From a virus (taxonomy: Duplodnaviria; Caudoviricetes), in the IMG/VR virus record IMGVR_UViG_3300032212_000042, positions 1 to 42,115 of that record: 42,115 bases of DNA; one strand, written 5' to 3'. Under the pieces are notes generated by a model. It was not told the origin of the DNA. It ran no database searches and saw nothing but the letters and a program-made list of their open reading frames with translations. The position numbers and the translations under genes were made by a program. Position 1 is the stretch's first letter. Each line of letters starts with the position of its first letter. Of this stretch, positions 24,909-34,967 are shown piece after piece.

Positions 24909-25120
24909 TGAAAATAACTAAATTTGATAAATTTATTGAAAAAATAAATTATCGTGATTTCGATAATATCAAATTGAGTGACTTTATAAAGAATCGGGTT
25001 ATTAATGAGATATTAAAGTTCAAGGAAAATAACACCAGTAAATTAGATTTGTCTAATATGACAGATATGGAGCTGGCTAAACATTATTATCAATGCTGTT
25101 TCGATTCTGTACGATTTTAG
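24908..25120 (+). CDS. Hypothetical protein
   Basis: TAATG coupling; ends TTT-TAG (see findings). Confidence 0.55.
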   Translation: MKITKFDKFIEKINYRDFDNIKLSDFIKNRVINEILKFKENNTSKLDLSNMTDMELAKHYYQCCFDSVRF

Positions 25121-25252
25121 GCCAGTGGATGCTGAAACACAGCTAATTCGTCGAAACGAGAAGATTAAAGCCATGAGCCCTAGTGAACGTCAGGCTTATG
25201 AGGCTAAGTGTGAGGAATCACGTAAAAGGCTTGCAAAAACAAGGGGTGGATA

Positions 25253-25429
25253 ATGAAAGTTAAAATAATGGTTGAGATTATCGCAGATATTGACGTATAT
25301 GAAGGTGAATTTGCTCAAGTTTATTGTGTAGATGACAGTCTTGAAAAAGCGCTTGCTAAAGCAGTTAAGGGCTATGAATCTGTAAGAGTTTTAAGTATTA
25401 ATGAAATAGAGATATCAAAGGAGTTTTAA
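25253..25429 (+). CDS. 58-aa hypothetical protein (not in ORF track)
   Basis: GGGGTGG RBS; MKVKIMVEIIADIDV... Confidence 0.55.
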   Translation: MKVKIMVEIIADIDVYEGEFAQVYCVDDSLEKALAKAVKGYESVRVLSINEIEISKEF

Positions 25430-25431
25430 TT

Positions 25432-25620
25432 ATGGTTGAAGTTGGTGAATACGAGAAAAAGACGGTGACTGATTTAAATAATGAACTCTTTTTAAAAGCT
25501 AAAGAGTTGATGCAAGAAGGAACTGATAAACCTAACAGGTTAGGGCACATAGGTTGGGGTGAGGTTGGTGACTTTATAGACTGGCTAGAGGATAATTATA
25601 AAATAGAAAAGAGAGACTGA
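25432..25620 (+). CDS. Hypothetical protein
   Basis: AAGGAG RBS. Confidence 0.65.
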   Translation: MVEVGEYEKKTVTDLNNELFLKAKELMQEGTDKPNRLGHIGWGEVGDFIDWLEDNYKIEKRD

Positions 25621-25621
25621 T

Positions 25622-25858
25622 ATGAATATGGTAGATGAGATTTTGATAAAAGATATTGTGAGTAACCATAAAGAATATACTGAACTATGTGGAAAGTTGG
25701 TAGATTATGCAAAATTACACAATCTAAGTAATTCTTTTGTTTATAATGGTGTTGCATGGGATGCTTTTTCAGTAGATCGGAATGGGTATGAGCGAGGGCT
25801 AAAGGATGGTATTACAAGCCAAAAAGACATCATGAGAGGCAAGCTTGGGCTTGATTAA
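25622..25858 (+). CDS. Hypothetical protein
   Basis: 78 aa; GYERGLKDG motif. Confidence 0.6.
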   Translation: MNMVDEILIKDIVSNHKEYTELCGKLVDYAKLHNLSNSFVYNGVAWDAFSVDRNGYERGLKDGITSQKDIMRGKLGLD

Positions 25859-26276
25859 AATCATGAATAGACTAACGTTAATAGATGAAGGCCGAATTGA
25901 AGTCATGAAAATACCCGTAGGCCAGCCATTTATACAAACTGATATCACTGGTATAATGGGTTGTGCATATAAAAGCCTGGGTGCTGCGTTTATAGAAATG
26001 GAGAAACGAGGCGAGATTAGAGCCATTCATACGATAAAAAAGCGTATTAAATACTTCGGCAACTACAAGACTGAAGGAATTGCGCAAGGGACGAATATTT
26101 ATATTAGATTAAAAGATTTTATCCCTATCATCCACAAGAAAACACAGAAATCGGGTAAGCCGGCAAGAACAAAGCGGCAGAAAATCAGGTTAAATAAAGC
26201 TCAGGACTTGATGTATCAATTTGCGATTGGTGGAAATGTTGAGAATGTAAGAAGTCATTTTTATGAATGTCGGTAA
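25845..26276 (+). CDS. Basic hypothetical protein, possible winged-helix regulator
   Basis: FIQTDITGIMGCAYKSLGAAFIEMEKRGEI resembles wHTH; last rightward early gene; start uncertain. Confidence 0.45.
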   Translation: MGLIKIMNRLTLIDEGRIEVMKIPVGQPFIQTDITGIMGCAYKSLGAAFIEMEKRGEIRAIHTIKKRIKYFGNYKTEGIAQGTNIYIRLKDFIPIIHKKTQKSGKPARTKRQKIRLNKAQDLMYQFAIGGNVENVRSHFYECR

Positions 26277-26324
26277 ACCTTACACTAAATTCTGTGCACA
26301 GTGTAACGAATACCGACAGTTAGG

Positions 26325-26546
26325 CTATTTAATTATCATATTACGATGCATACGGATAAATGGAAGGGTATCTCCCAGGTTAGCAGCACGTTTACTTTCA
26401 ATATCTTCCGGCTCATAGAAGGGTAGAGTCGATTCGATGACTATTTCAGTCACTTCATCAAATTCAATGCCATCAATAGTTGGAAAATCAATAGTAGATT
26501 GTGTATAAGCATCAATAGCGTTCTGAATGTCTTTGTGTAGTTTCAT
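26325..26546 (-). CDS. Hypothetical protein
   Basis: ATGA coupling. Confidence 0.55.
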   Translation of the reverse strand: MKLHKDIQNAIDAYTQSTIDFPTIDGIEFDEVTEIVIESTLPFYEPEDIESKRAANLGDTLPFIRMHRNMIIK

Positions 26547-26746
26547 GATTCACTCTCATCGGTTATTTTGATGTTTAAGAAGTCACCTTTAGCGGCTTGT
26601 TTTATTTGTTCTGCATGTGTTGCAAGTCCAATTGTAGTTATTCCATTAAATACATCCAGTGAATTGATATAATCATGCATATCAGAGAATTCACCTATTA
26701 ATATACCAGTATATGCACTGATGATTGCTGCTTCTTGTTTAGTCAT
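26543..26746 (-). CDS. Conserved small hypothetical phage protein
   Basis: MTKQEAAIISAYTGILIG.FSD.H.Y pattern; AGGT RBS. Confidence 0.7.
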   Translation of the reverse strand: MTKQEAAIISAYTGILIGEFSDMHDYINSLDVFNGITTIGLATHAEQIKQAAKGDFLNIKITDESES

Positions 26747-27165
26747 AATATAATTACCTATAGGTTATTAGTTAAATAATTAGATGTGTCTCTAATCTCA
26801 TAATATTTCCCCATTTATATTTAATCTCTAACTATTAGTTTAATGAAATAAACACACAAAGATAATCAAGAGTTTTGATACAAGATAAACAAATCTAATA
26901 GATGGTAAAAAGTATCGATCTATACGAAAGCATTAAAATGTGATACCCTCAATCACACATCCATGTGTTCACGATGAACCATGATGTGACTCTAGTGAGC
27001 GCTCAGCGAGCTTAATAAGGATTCAGCACAGTAATGATCATTAAGTTGATTAAATCACTCTAGCACTGGATAAATGGCGTAATTAACGGGTGTATACTTT
27101 TGTCTTTTATTTCAGTTTTATTTATGCTTAAATAAAGTATCGAATAATCAAAGGCTTAATATCCC

Positions 27166-27531
27166 ATGGCTACAACTAAGCAATTAAAGGGCAAACAACC
27201 TAAGCATGCTAAGGAGTTAGCACAGCGTACTAGAGCTGCTATTCTATTGGGTATGGATGCTGTACAGAAGCGGGGTGAAAAGAAGCTAATGAGCGAGATA
27301 CTAGCCGATGCATTCATTGAAAATCCCCTTAAGTTCCTTGATACAGCCAGTAAATACCTACCTAAGGATATCAACATGGATGTAACCCACACTAAGTCAG
27401 CACAAGCCCTAACCGATGACGAGCTAGCTGATATCATAGCTCAAAGGGCTAGAGCAAGACTGGAAGATAGCAAGGAAGTGGAAGGGGAAGTAATAGAGAA
27501 TACTGAGGATAATCAAACACTTACAGGATGA
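27166..27531 (+). CDS. terS: Terminase small subunit
   Basis: Basic N-terminus, helical core, LPKDINMDV strand, LTDDEL tail; upstream of terL. Confidence 0.6.
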   Translation: MATTKQLKGKQPKHAKELAQRTRAAILLGMDAVQKRGEKKLMSEILADAFIENPLKFLDTASKYLPKDINMDVTHTKSAQALTDDELADIIAQRARARLEDSKEVEGEVIENTEDNQTLTG

Positions 27532-27668
27532 CCGGGGGTATGGGTAGTCGTGAGTATTAGGAGTCCTTTATGTGAGGCTGGTACCATCCCTCATAAATTC
27601 TTAGTATATAATTAAGTATAAGCGGCCTCTAATGTAATAATTTTGTAGAAAAATTTCTGGAAAAAATT

Positions 27669-28007
27669 ATGAAAAAATATGTTGTGACGAGTAACAGGAA
27701 GATTGAGATTAGAGGCTTATTAGGGTTTAAGGGGGAGTCTCAGACGGTAGAATATGATTTCACGCCTTGGGAGACGGATAATGGTAGTGTAAGCAGTGTT
27801 GAATGGATTGTAGAGAGTGGTCAGGCTTCTATTAGTGGTGAGAGTTTAAGCAGTGGTCTTGCGAGTGCGGTGATTAGTACGAGTGAGAGTGGGAGTAGTT
27901 TGATTAAGGTGACAGCGACTGCGGGGAGCAATGTATTTGTGACGCACATTCGGGTGGTGAGTAAAGAGCCATTTGTTTATGATGAGGACTATGGGTTGTA
28001 TGGATGA
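27669..28007 (+). CDS. Small Ig-like/beta-rich hypothetical protein between terS and terL
   Basis: YDFTPW...VSSVEW...IKVTAT beta-strand pattern. Confidence 0.6.
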   Translation: MKKYVVTSNRKIEIRGLLGFKGESQTVEYDFTPWETDNGSVSSVEWIVESGQASISGESLSSGLASAVISTSESGSSLIKVTATAGSNVFVTHIRVVSKEPFVYDEDYGLYG

Positions 28008-29499
28008 TCTAGAAGCGGCTCAGATACTTCAGGCAAGGCGTAAGGCACGGGTTAACTTTGCTGGATTTTGTGAATATATTGTACCTGAAGAACCCCCTGC
28101 TTTTCATCATCGTGTTATTTGTGATGCTTTAGATAAGGTAGTGAGTGGTGAAATACGCCGATTAATGATATTTTGCCCACCGGGTAGTGCTAAGAGTTCT
28201 TATTCTTCTGTTCGATTTCCGCCTTATTATTTGGGTCGATTTCCTAATAAAAATATTATCTGTGGATCTTACGGTGAAGGGTTGGCGACCTCATTTGGTC
28301 GTAAAGTTAGGAATATTGTTGATAGTCGTGAGTATGGGACGTTATTTGAGTCTCGATTAGCTGAAGATGCTCGGGCTAAGGGCGAGTGGGAGACGGATTC
28401 AGGAGGCAGTTATTTTTCCTGTGGTGTAGGGTCTGGTGTGACCGGGAGAAGGGCGGATCTAGGATTAATTGATGATCCGGTTAAGGGCCAGAAAGATGCG
28501 TATTCTATTACGGTTAGGAATGATACCTGGAACTGGTATAAAAGTGATTTCTTCTCTCGTTTAAAACCGAATGCAGCACAGATTATCATACAAACTCGAT
28601 GGCATGAGGATGATCTATCGGGACGTATATTGCCCGAGTCATGGAATGGTGAAAGCGGTGAGTTTGAAGGCTTTGATGGACAGATTTGGACAGTAATTAG
28701 TATGCCTGCTCAAGCAGTAGATGGTGATATTTTGGGGCGTGATGAAGGTGAGTGGTTATGGACAGATTTCTTTACACCTGAAGTGTGGGAAGAGATTAAA
28801 TATGTTCAGACAAATAAAGGGACGAATTTTAGAGTTTGGGGGGCTTTATATCAGCAAACACCACAACCTGAGCAGGGTGTGTTTTTTAAGCGTGAATGGT
28901 TTAATCGTTATGATATAGGGAAAGAGCCTGAATTATGCATGTATGGTGCATCAGACTACGCAGTAAGTGAAGGCCAGGGAGATTGGACAGAACACGGCGG
29001 CGGTGGATTTGATAAAAGCGATAATCTATGGTTTACTCATTGGTGGTCAGGCCAGGAAACATCCGATATCTGGATTAACGAACAGTTGAAAATGGCTAAA
29101 AGAATCAAGCCTTATGCATGGCTTGCAGAGGTTGGCGTAGTAAGACGATCTGTAGAGCCTTATTTGAAAAAAGCCAAGAAAAAGCAAAGAGTCTATTTTA
29201 GACAGGAATGGATGCCGCATATTGGTGATAAAGGGGCTAATGCTTTATCTTTTCAAGGTATAGCCGCCTCTGGACAGGTTTATATTCCACGTTGTCAATG
29301 GGGTGATGATCTAGTTGATCAATTAGTTAAGTTTATTCCTAATACGAACTTTCGAGATGATAAAGTTGACGTGTGCGGTTTGTTTGGGCGAATATTAGAC
29401 CAGGCTTTTGCGCCGACTACAATGAGTATTGAGCCTGAAAAAGAGCATGACAGTTATGGATTCGATGAAGAAAATACCAAAAGCTGGAAAATAGCATGA
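28000..29499 (+). CDS. terL: Terminase large subunit
   Basis: RLMIFCPPGSAKS Walker A, TGRRADLGLIDDP Walker B, QTRWHEDDL, LYQQTP, nuclease SDYA...DDKVD; start 27991 or 28000. Confidence 0.95.
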   Translation: MDDLEAAQILQARRKARVNFAGFCEYIVPEEPPAFHHRVICDALDKVVSGEIRRLMIFCPPGSAKSSYSSVRFPPYYLGRFPNKNIICGSYGEGLATSFGRKVRNIVDSREYGTLFESRLAEDARAKGEWETDSGGSYFSCGVGSGVTGRRADLGLIDDPVKGQKDAYSITVRNDTWNWYKSDFFSRLKPNAAQIIIQTRWHEDDLSGRILPESWNGESGEFEGFDGQIWTVISMPAQAVDGDILGRDEGEWLWTDFFTPEVWEEIKYVQTNKGTNFRVWGALYQQTPQPEQGVFFKREWFNRYDIGKEPELCMYGASDYAVSEGQGDWTEHGGGGFDKSDNLWFTHWWSGQETSDIWINEQLKMAKRIKPYAWLAEVGVVRRSVEPYLKKAKKKQRVYFRQEWMPHIGDKGANALSFQGIAASGQVYIPRCQWGDDLVDQLVKFIPNTNFRDDKVDVCGLFGRILDQAFAPTTMSIEPEKEHDSYGFDEENTKSWKIA

Positions 29500-31358
29500 T
29501 TACATTATCTGATATGGTCAAAGATGTTGAAGACTTTCTTACGAACACGGAAGATGCCCGTATTAAATCTGAACGAGACCGAGACTATAAAGATAACAAG
29601 CAGTGGACAGCCGAAGAAGAGGCAAAGATAACATCAAGGGGGCAGGCTCCTATCACGGTTAATCGAATAAAACCCAAAGTAGAAGGGCTTAAAGGGCTCC
29701 TAATTCAGCGAAAAACCGATCCTAAAGCGTGGCCTCGAACGCAAAAGCATGAAAAAGCAGCAGAAGCGATCACAGATGCGCTTCGCTATGTAGCCGATAA
29801 TAATAATTTTGATAAAATCAAGCTTGATGTGGCTGAAAATGACTTTGTAGAAGGCTATGGCGCGGCGATTGTTCAGGTTGAACGTCGAGGTGATGAAGCT
29901 GAGATTATTATTAATGACATCCCCTGGGACAGATATTATTATGATACTCATTCACGTAAATTAGACTTTTCTGATAAGCGCTGGGATGGGATGATCATCT
30001 GGATGGGAAAAGATCAACTTGTCGATACCTTTAAAATTAGTAAAAAAGAAGCTGAAGAGCTAACGACTCGTAATCCAGATGGAAGCGAGACTTTTGACGA
30101 TCGGCCTCAATGGGTAGAGACAAAAGAGGAAAGAGTTCGTGTCTGCCAGCATTTTTATATCGATGAGGGCGAATGGAAGATGTGTTTTTTCACTGAACAA
30201 CGTTTTCTAATTGATCCGATTACTAGTCCGTATCTGGATGAATACGAAAACCCCATTAACCCCATTGAATCAGTAGCAGCGAATATTGACCGTGATAATA
30301 ACCGATTTGGTGAGGTCAGATTTTGGATTGATCTTCAAGATGAGATAAACCACCGTCGATCTAAATATTTATTTTTGCTTTCATCACGCCAAACCACGGG
30401 TAGAAAAGGCGCTATTGCTGATATTCCAGCATTAAAGCGTGAATTATCAAAACCTGACGGCCATGTAGAATATGAAGGTGAAAAGGGAGACTTTGATGTT
30501 CTTCGTACCCAGGATATGGCCGAAGCCCAATTTACACTGTTACAAGACGCGAAAGGCGAGTTAGACGCAGTTGGGTTTAATGCACAGTTATCAGGTGAGC
30601 GACAAGGTGATTTATCCGGCAAAGCCATTGTTAATCTCCAGCAAGCGGCAACTAATGAGTTATCCAGTCTTTATTCTGGGTTAACAGATTGGGAAAAGCG
30701 CATTTATAGACAAATTTGGATGCGAATTAAGCAATTTTGGAATGAAGAGAAGTGGCTTCGAGTGACAGATGATTCGACTAAGCTACGTTGGGTCGGGTTA
30801 AATCAAAAGATAACCTTAAGGCAGTCACTTGAAGAACGCATTCAAGATGAGTCAATTCATCAGATTGAACGTCAACAAGCCCAGCAACAATTAGAGCAAA
30901 TGTTACAACTTCAGCACCCAGGCTTAGAGCAATTTGTCGATATTAGAAATCCAGTTGCTGATCTTGATGTTGATATTATTATTGAAACGTCATATGATTC
31001 AGTTAATATACAAAGAGAGCAATTTGAATTATTAAGCAAGATTGCACAAACCAGGCCCGATGTGCCTTTTACAGAAGTGCTTAAATTGTCAGAGCTTCGT
31101 GGAAAGGACAAGATTATCCAGTCTATTGAGCAATCATTACAGGCTAATTCTCAGGCCCAACAACAACAGCAACAAGTTATACAAGCGCAAGTGCAGGCGG
31201 ATATGGCCGAAACACAAAGTAAGGCGCAGTTAAACTCAGTTAAATCTGAAGAGACAGCGGCTAAAGCCCATAAAGCGCATGCAGAGGCAGAACAAACAGA
31301 AGTACAAACAGAATTATTGATTACACAGCCGCCTGAAAATTCAGGGGTTGTTATTTAA
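29496..31358 (+). CDS. Portal protein (P22-like)
   Basis: Follows terL; QW...NRIKPKV..G, QDEIN.RRSK, SGKAI...Q, Gln-rich C-terminal barrel. Confidence 0.9.
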   Translation: MITLSDMVKDVEDFLTNTEDARIKSERDRDYKDNKQWTAEEEAKITSRGQAPITVNRIKPKVEGLKGLLIQRKTDPKAWPRTQKHEKAAEAITDALRYVADNNNFDKIKLDVAENDFVEGYGAAIVQVERRGDEAEIIINDIPWDRYYYDTHSRKLDFSDKRWDGMIIWMGKDQLVDTFKISKKEAEELTTRNPDGSETFDDRPQWVETKEERVRVCQHFYIDEGEWKMCFFTEQRFLIDPITSPYLDEYENPINPIESVAANIDRDNNRFGEVRFWIDLQDEINHRRSKYLFLLSSRQTTGRKGAIADIPALKRELSKPDGHVEYEGEKGDFDVLRTQDMAEAQFTLLQDAKGELDAVGFNAQLSGERQGDLSGKAIVNLQQAATNELSSLYSGLTDWEKRIYRQIWMRIKQFWNEEKWLRVTDDSTKLRWVGLNQKITLRQSLEERIQDESIHQIERQQAQQQLEQMLQLQHPGLEQFVDIRNPVADLDVDIIIETSYDSVNIQREQFELLSKIAQTRPDVPFTEVLKLSELRGKDKIIQSIEQSLQANSQAQQQQQQVIQAQVQADMAETQSKAQLNSVKSEETAAKAHKAHAEAEQTEVQTELLITQPPENSGVVI

Positions 31359-31423
31359 ACCGGTACCGGGTTTCGGGTAATAAGCAAGACGCCATTGCTA
31401 AAGATTGGGCGAGGAGTAAAAAG

Positions 31424-32128
31424 ATGATTGACGAAAATCAGGATCAAGAGCTAGACGGTTTTTTTAAAGATGAAGGTGAAGAAATTTCCACTGAGCCAGA
31501 GGCAAAAGCGGAAACAACGGAACCCATCAAGGGCGATACGGAGGAAACTCCACCTGCTGAGTCGCCAGCAGCAGAGGAACCAGTGAAAGAAGCTAAAGAA
31601 CCTGTGTTAGTCCCCTTAGCGGCACTAGAAAATGAGAGGCGTAAACGACAACAGTTACAGGAAGATAATCAGAACTTAAGGCAACAAATACCTAAAGTTG
31701 ATAATGAGCCTGATCCTTATGATGATATTGATGCCTATAACGCATATCAGCGTAATAAATGGGAGCAAGAGAATCATGAGAAAGAGGTGAATGCACGTCG
31801 AGAGAGAGTCGATCTATCACGAGGGAAAATGCTTCAAACGCATTCAGACTTCGAAGAGATGGAAAGAATTTTTGAGATAATGACGATACATGATAATTCA
31901 TTAATTGATCGAATGTTTGCCAGCGGTGATGAAGCCAAATTTGCCTACGAAGCGGCGAAAGCCTATAAAGAAGGCATTATTGGCAAACCAGATGCTATCC
32001 CTGAACCTGTTAAAGCCTCGGCATTAGATGTGCCAAATTTAGCAACGGCTACGACACAAGCCTCTAATATGCCAGAAGTGGAAAAAGAGGACGGCATTGA
32101 CGATATCTTTGCTGATCAGTCGTACTAG
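31424..32128 (+). CDS. Capsid scaffolding protein
   Basis: Acidic Pro/Glu-rich N-terminus, VPLAALENERRKRQ coiled coil; between portal and capsid genes. Confidence 0.8.
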   Translation: MIDENQDQELDGFFKDEGEEISTEPEAKAETTEPIKGDTEETPPAESPAAEEPVKEAKEPVLVPLAALENERRKRQQLQEDNQNLRQQIPKVDNEPDPYDDIDAYNAYQRNKWEQENHEKEVNARRERVDLSRGKMLQTHSDFEEMERIFEIMTIHDNSLIDRMFASGDEAKFAYEAAKAYKEGIIGKPDAIPEPVKASALDVPNLATATTQASNMPEVEKEDGIDDIFADQSY

Positions 32129-32146
32129 TCATAAAGGTGAACGAAA

Positions 32147-33304
32147 ATGGCAAGTTCAACAATATCATCCGCCAATCAGGTCACGCGATTTAAAAAGAAA
32201 GTCCTGCGTGAATATGTTCGTGGTGGTCGTTTCGGTGATGTAATTGGCACCGACGAAAACAAAATTATCCAGGTCACAAAAGAGCTTAAAAAATGCTCAT
32301 TACCTTTAGTAGGTAAAGTAGAAGGCCCGGGTGTTCGTGGCTCTACTCAGTTAAGTGGTTCAGAGAAACCGCTTTCAAATTACGCTTACACACTTCAACC
32401 TACTTATCATCGTCAAGGCGTTTTAATTGACAATGAAGAACGTGAAAAGAGTGAGTTTGATCTTTTTAGTGAGGCTCGTCCCGGTCTTATGAATTGGGTC
32501 ATGGAAACGAAACGTGATCAAATCATTCAAGCATTAGGCGCGATTGAGGCCGGTGGTACGTATTACAACTACGGTGGAACAGCCGCTTCAGGTGCAACCG
32601 GATCAAGTTCCGCCAGTGCAGCTAATATGGACACCTGGAACACTAACAACGGTGACCGTATTCTATACGGTGCAGCAAAGTCTAATCGTACCGCAGGTGA
32701 CCACACAACTTCATTGGGTACAATTGATACCACTAACGACACGTTAGATATTGGTATGATTGAACTGATGAAACGTATGGCCCAGGATGCGGATCCGTTA
32801 ATTCGCCCTATTATGGTTAAAGGTGATGAGCCCTGGTATATCTATTATACCGGTAAATATGGGTTCCGTGATCTTCGTAACGACTCAACCTTGATTGCCT
32901 CTCACCAAAATGCGCTTGCACGTAATAAAGACAATCCCCTGTTTTCTGGTGGTGATTTATTATGGGATGGCGTTATTATCAAAGAAGTACCTGATCTGGA
33001 TAAGTTTATTGATAGTTCGGGCTCTGGTCTTTGGGATGGTGTATGGGGTGCGAATGCAACCGGTGATAGTCTTGCAACCAGCGGTGCAAGTTCAAGCCGT
33101 GTTGGTGTTGGCTTCTTATGCGGTGCCCAGGCGATTGGTTTTGGGGTGGGTCGAACCGCTTCATTTAAACGCCGTAAAGAAGACGATTACGATCACCTGA
33201 ACGGTGTGGCGGTTTCTTGCAAGCATGACTTGAAGAAAACTTTCTATAATAACAAACAGCACGGAATGTTAACTAACTTCCACTCTGCTGCTGTAGACTC
33301 ATAA
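32147..33304 (+). CDS. Major capsid protein (DUF4043-like)
   Basis: 385 aa after scaffold; GVRGS..LSGSE, NPLFSG...WDGVIIKE, LCGAQA, DYDH..GVA motifs. Confidence 0.85.
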   Translation: MASSTISSANQVTRFKKKVLREYVRGGRFGDVIGTDENKIIQVTKELKKCSLPLVGKVEGPGVRGSTQLSGSEKPLSNYAYTLQPTYHRQGVLIDNEEREKSEFDLFSEARPGLMNWVMETKRDQIIQALGAIEAGGTYYNYGGTAASGATGSSSASAANMDTWNTNNGDRILYGAAKSNRTAGDHTTSLGTIDTTNDTLDIGMIELMKRMAQDADPLIRPIMVKGDEPWYIYYTGKYGFRDLRNDSTLIASHQNALARNKDNPLFSGGDLLWDGVIIKEVPDLDKFIDSSGSGLWDGVWGANATGDSLATSGASSSRVGVGFLCGAQAIGFGVGRTASFKRRKEDDYDHLNGVAVSCKHDLKKTFYNNKQHGMLTNFHSAAVDS

Positions 33305-33315
33305 GGAGCTAGAAA

Positions 33316-33807
33316 ATGGCTGATTTAACATTTAATAACACAGCTACCGAGCGCCGAGGCTCAGCAGGTATTGTTCCAGGCAAAGGCGATGCGAATAGCG
33401 TTAAAGTCCTTTGTTCGGCAACAATTGAGCTTGCTGCGAGTGCTTCTGGTCAAACTGTGAAGTTTGGGCGTATTCCAAGCAATGCGCGTATCTTACCTCA
33501 AGGCTTTATCTATAATGATGATCTGGCAACAACTGGCTCACCTACATTAGATATTGGTCTGGCTTCGGTGGATTCAAATGTAACCAGTGATCCGGATGCC
33601 ATCAACAACGGCATCGCACTATCAACGGCTACCACAACCACAACGGTCTTTGCAGACCCTGCTAATGCAGGCTTACCGGCATGGGATTTAATCGCAAGTG
33701 TCACCAGTGATCCAGGAGGTGAATTGGAAGTGTATGGCTCTGTTGCTGATGCATCAACCACGCAAACAGGTACGATAACGGTAGCGCTGTTAGGCTACCT
33801 TGACTAA
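33316..33807 (+). CDS. Capsid decoration/cement protein
   Basis: Directly after MCP; IPSNARI...DDL...TLDIG beta-sandwich pattern. Confidence 0.6.
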   Translation: MADLTFNNTATERRGSAGIVPGKGDANSVKVLCSATIELAASASGQTVKFGRIPSNARILPQGFIYNDDLATTGSPTLDIGLASVDSNVTSDPDAINNGIALSTATTTTTVFADPANAGLPAWDLIASVTSDPGGELEVYGSVADASTTQTGTITVALLGYLD

Positions 33808-34531
33808 GGTTGCAATTGTAGGCGGTGCGCCCCGCTCTAAAAATCTCGCGCCTTATGACGATGAGGCATGGGAGATTTGGGGATTAGGGGTGCATTTAAA
33901 AGATCATAGCCGAATTTCGCGTATATTTGAGATACATCAAGACATGTCGTATGAGTCTGATGCGTATCCTCAAATGTTAGCAGATAAAAGAATACCGTTA
34001 GTTGTTAGTGATCAATTTCCAATTATGGCTGATCACATAACGACTTATCCAATGGATAAGGCAATGAGCTTGATGGGTGGAATGTTAACATCCAGTACCG
34101 CTTATATGATGGCTTATGCTATTTTAGAAGGCGTGACCCATATTAATATTTACGGTGTTGATATGGATGTTTGCGATAAGGAGTATTTTTATCAACGTCC
34201 AGGAATGTATGCATGGATAGGTTATGCGCGTGCATTAGGGATAAAAGTAGAAGTTCCGGAGTCTTCTTTATTTCATGATAAGCTTTATCCAGCTAATGTA
34301 TTAGAGAGTCGAAATCCAACGTATAATGAGGTGAATTTTTTAGCTATGGCGGATTTGCATTCAAAAGAGATCGAAAAATGCCATAGTAAAATAGCACAAT
34401 TAAACCGTGTTATTGACACTCATAGTGGTTGCAAGCAAGTGTATGAGCGATTATCAAAAGTAGCCCGTGCAACTGATGCAGGCATTGAAGTATTATCATT
34501 TGAGCATTCAACCAATATTAAGGAGCCATAA
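33800..34531 (+). CDS. Glycosyltransferase-like protein (sialyltransferase/Maf/DUF115-like Rossmann variant)
   Basis: KVAIVGGAP, WEIWGLG, FEIH, TSSTAYMMAYAILEG..INIYGVDM; TTG start overlapping upstream stop. Confidence 0.5.
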   Translation: MTKVAIVGGAPRSKNLAPYDDEAWEIWGLGVHLKDHSRISRIFEIHQDMSYESDAYPQMLADKRIPLVVSDQFPIMADHITTYPMDKAMSLMGGMLTSSTAYMMAYAILEGVTHINIYGVDMDVCDKEYFYQRPGMYAWIGYARALGIKVEVPESSLFHDKLYPANVLESRNPTYNEVNFLAMADLHSKEIEKCHSKIAQLNRVIDTHSGCKQVYERLSKVARATDAGIEVLSFEHSTNIKEP

Positions 34532-34965
34532 TGGACATTAAAGAAATAAGAGAAAAACTGAAAGATTCAGGTTTAGAAAAACTTCCACGCAGTAATAATG
34601 ATGCAATCGAGCTTTATAATAAAACGTTTAATGCAGATGAGCAAAAAGAACCCGAAGCCGCTAAGAAGCCACTTGAAGTGGTTAAGGTTGATAAAAACCT
34701 ATACACCTATATCGGGTCGGGCGACACTCCGCCCAACATGATTAAGTTTATGAATAAACAGGTTTTTACACGGGGTGTTGCAGTTGAGGTAAAAGATCAG
34801 GTTGCCTTAGATAAGATTAAAAACAATCCATGTTTTGTTAAAGGTGAGGTCGACCAGGATACGCTTTATAGTAATGATGAAAAAGCCGCAAAAGCTGCTC
34901 AACATCAACGCGATGAAGACGTAAAGATCCAAATTGAAATGGAAAGAAAAAACCGTAAGGGTTAA
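34531..34965 (+). CDS. Hypothetical protein
   Basis: AAGGAG RBS; TAATG coupling. Confidence 0.65.
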   Translation: MDIKEIREKLKDSGLEKLPRSNNDAIELYNKTFNADEQKEPEAAKKPLEVVKVDKNLYTYIGSGDTPPNMIKFMNKQVFTRGVAVEVKDQVALDKIKNNPCFVKGEVDQDTLYSNDEKAAKAAQHQRDEDVKIQIEMERKNRKG

Positions 34966-34967
34966 TT

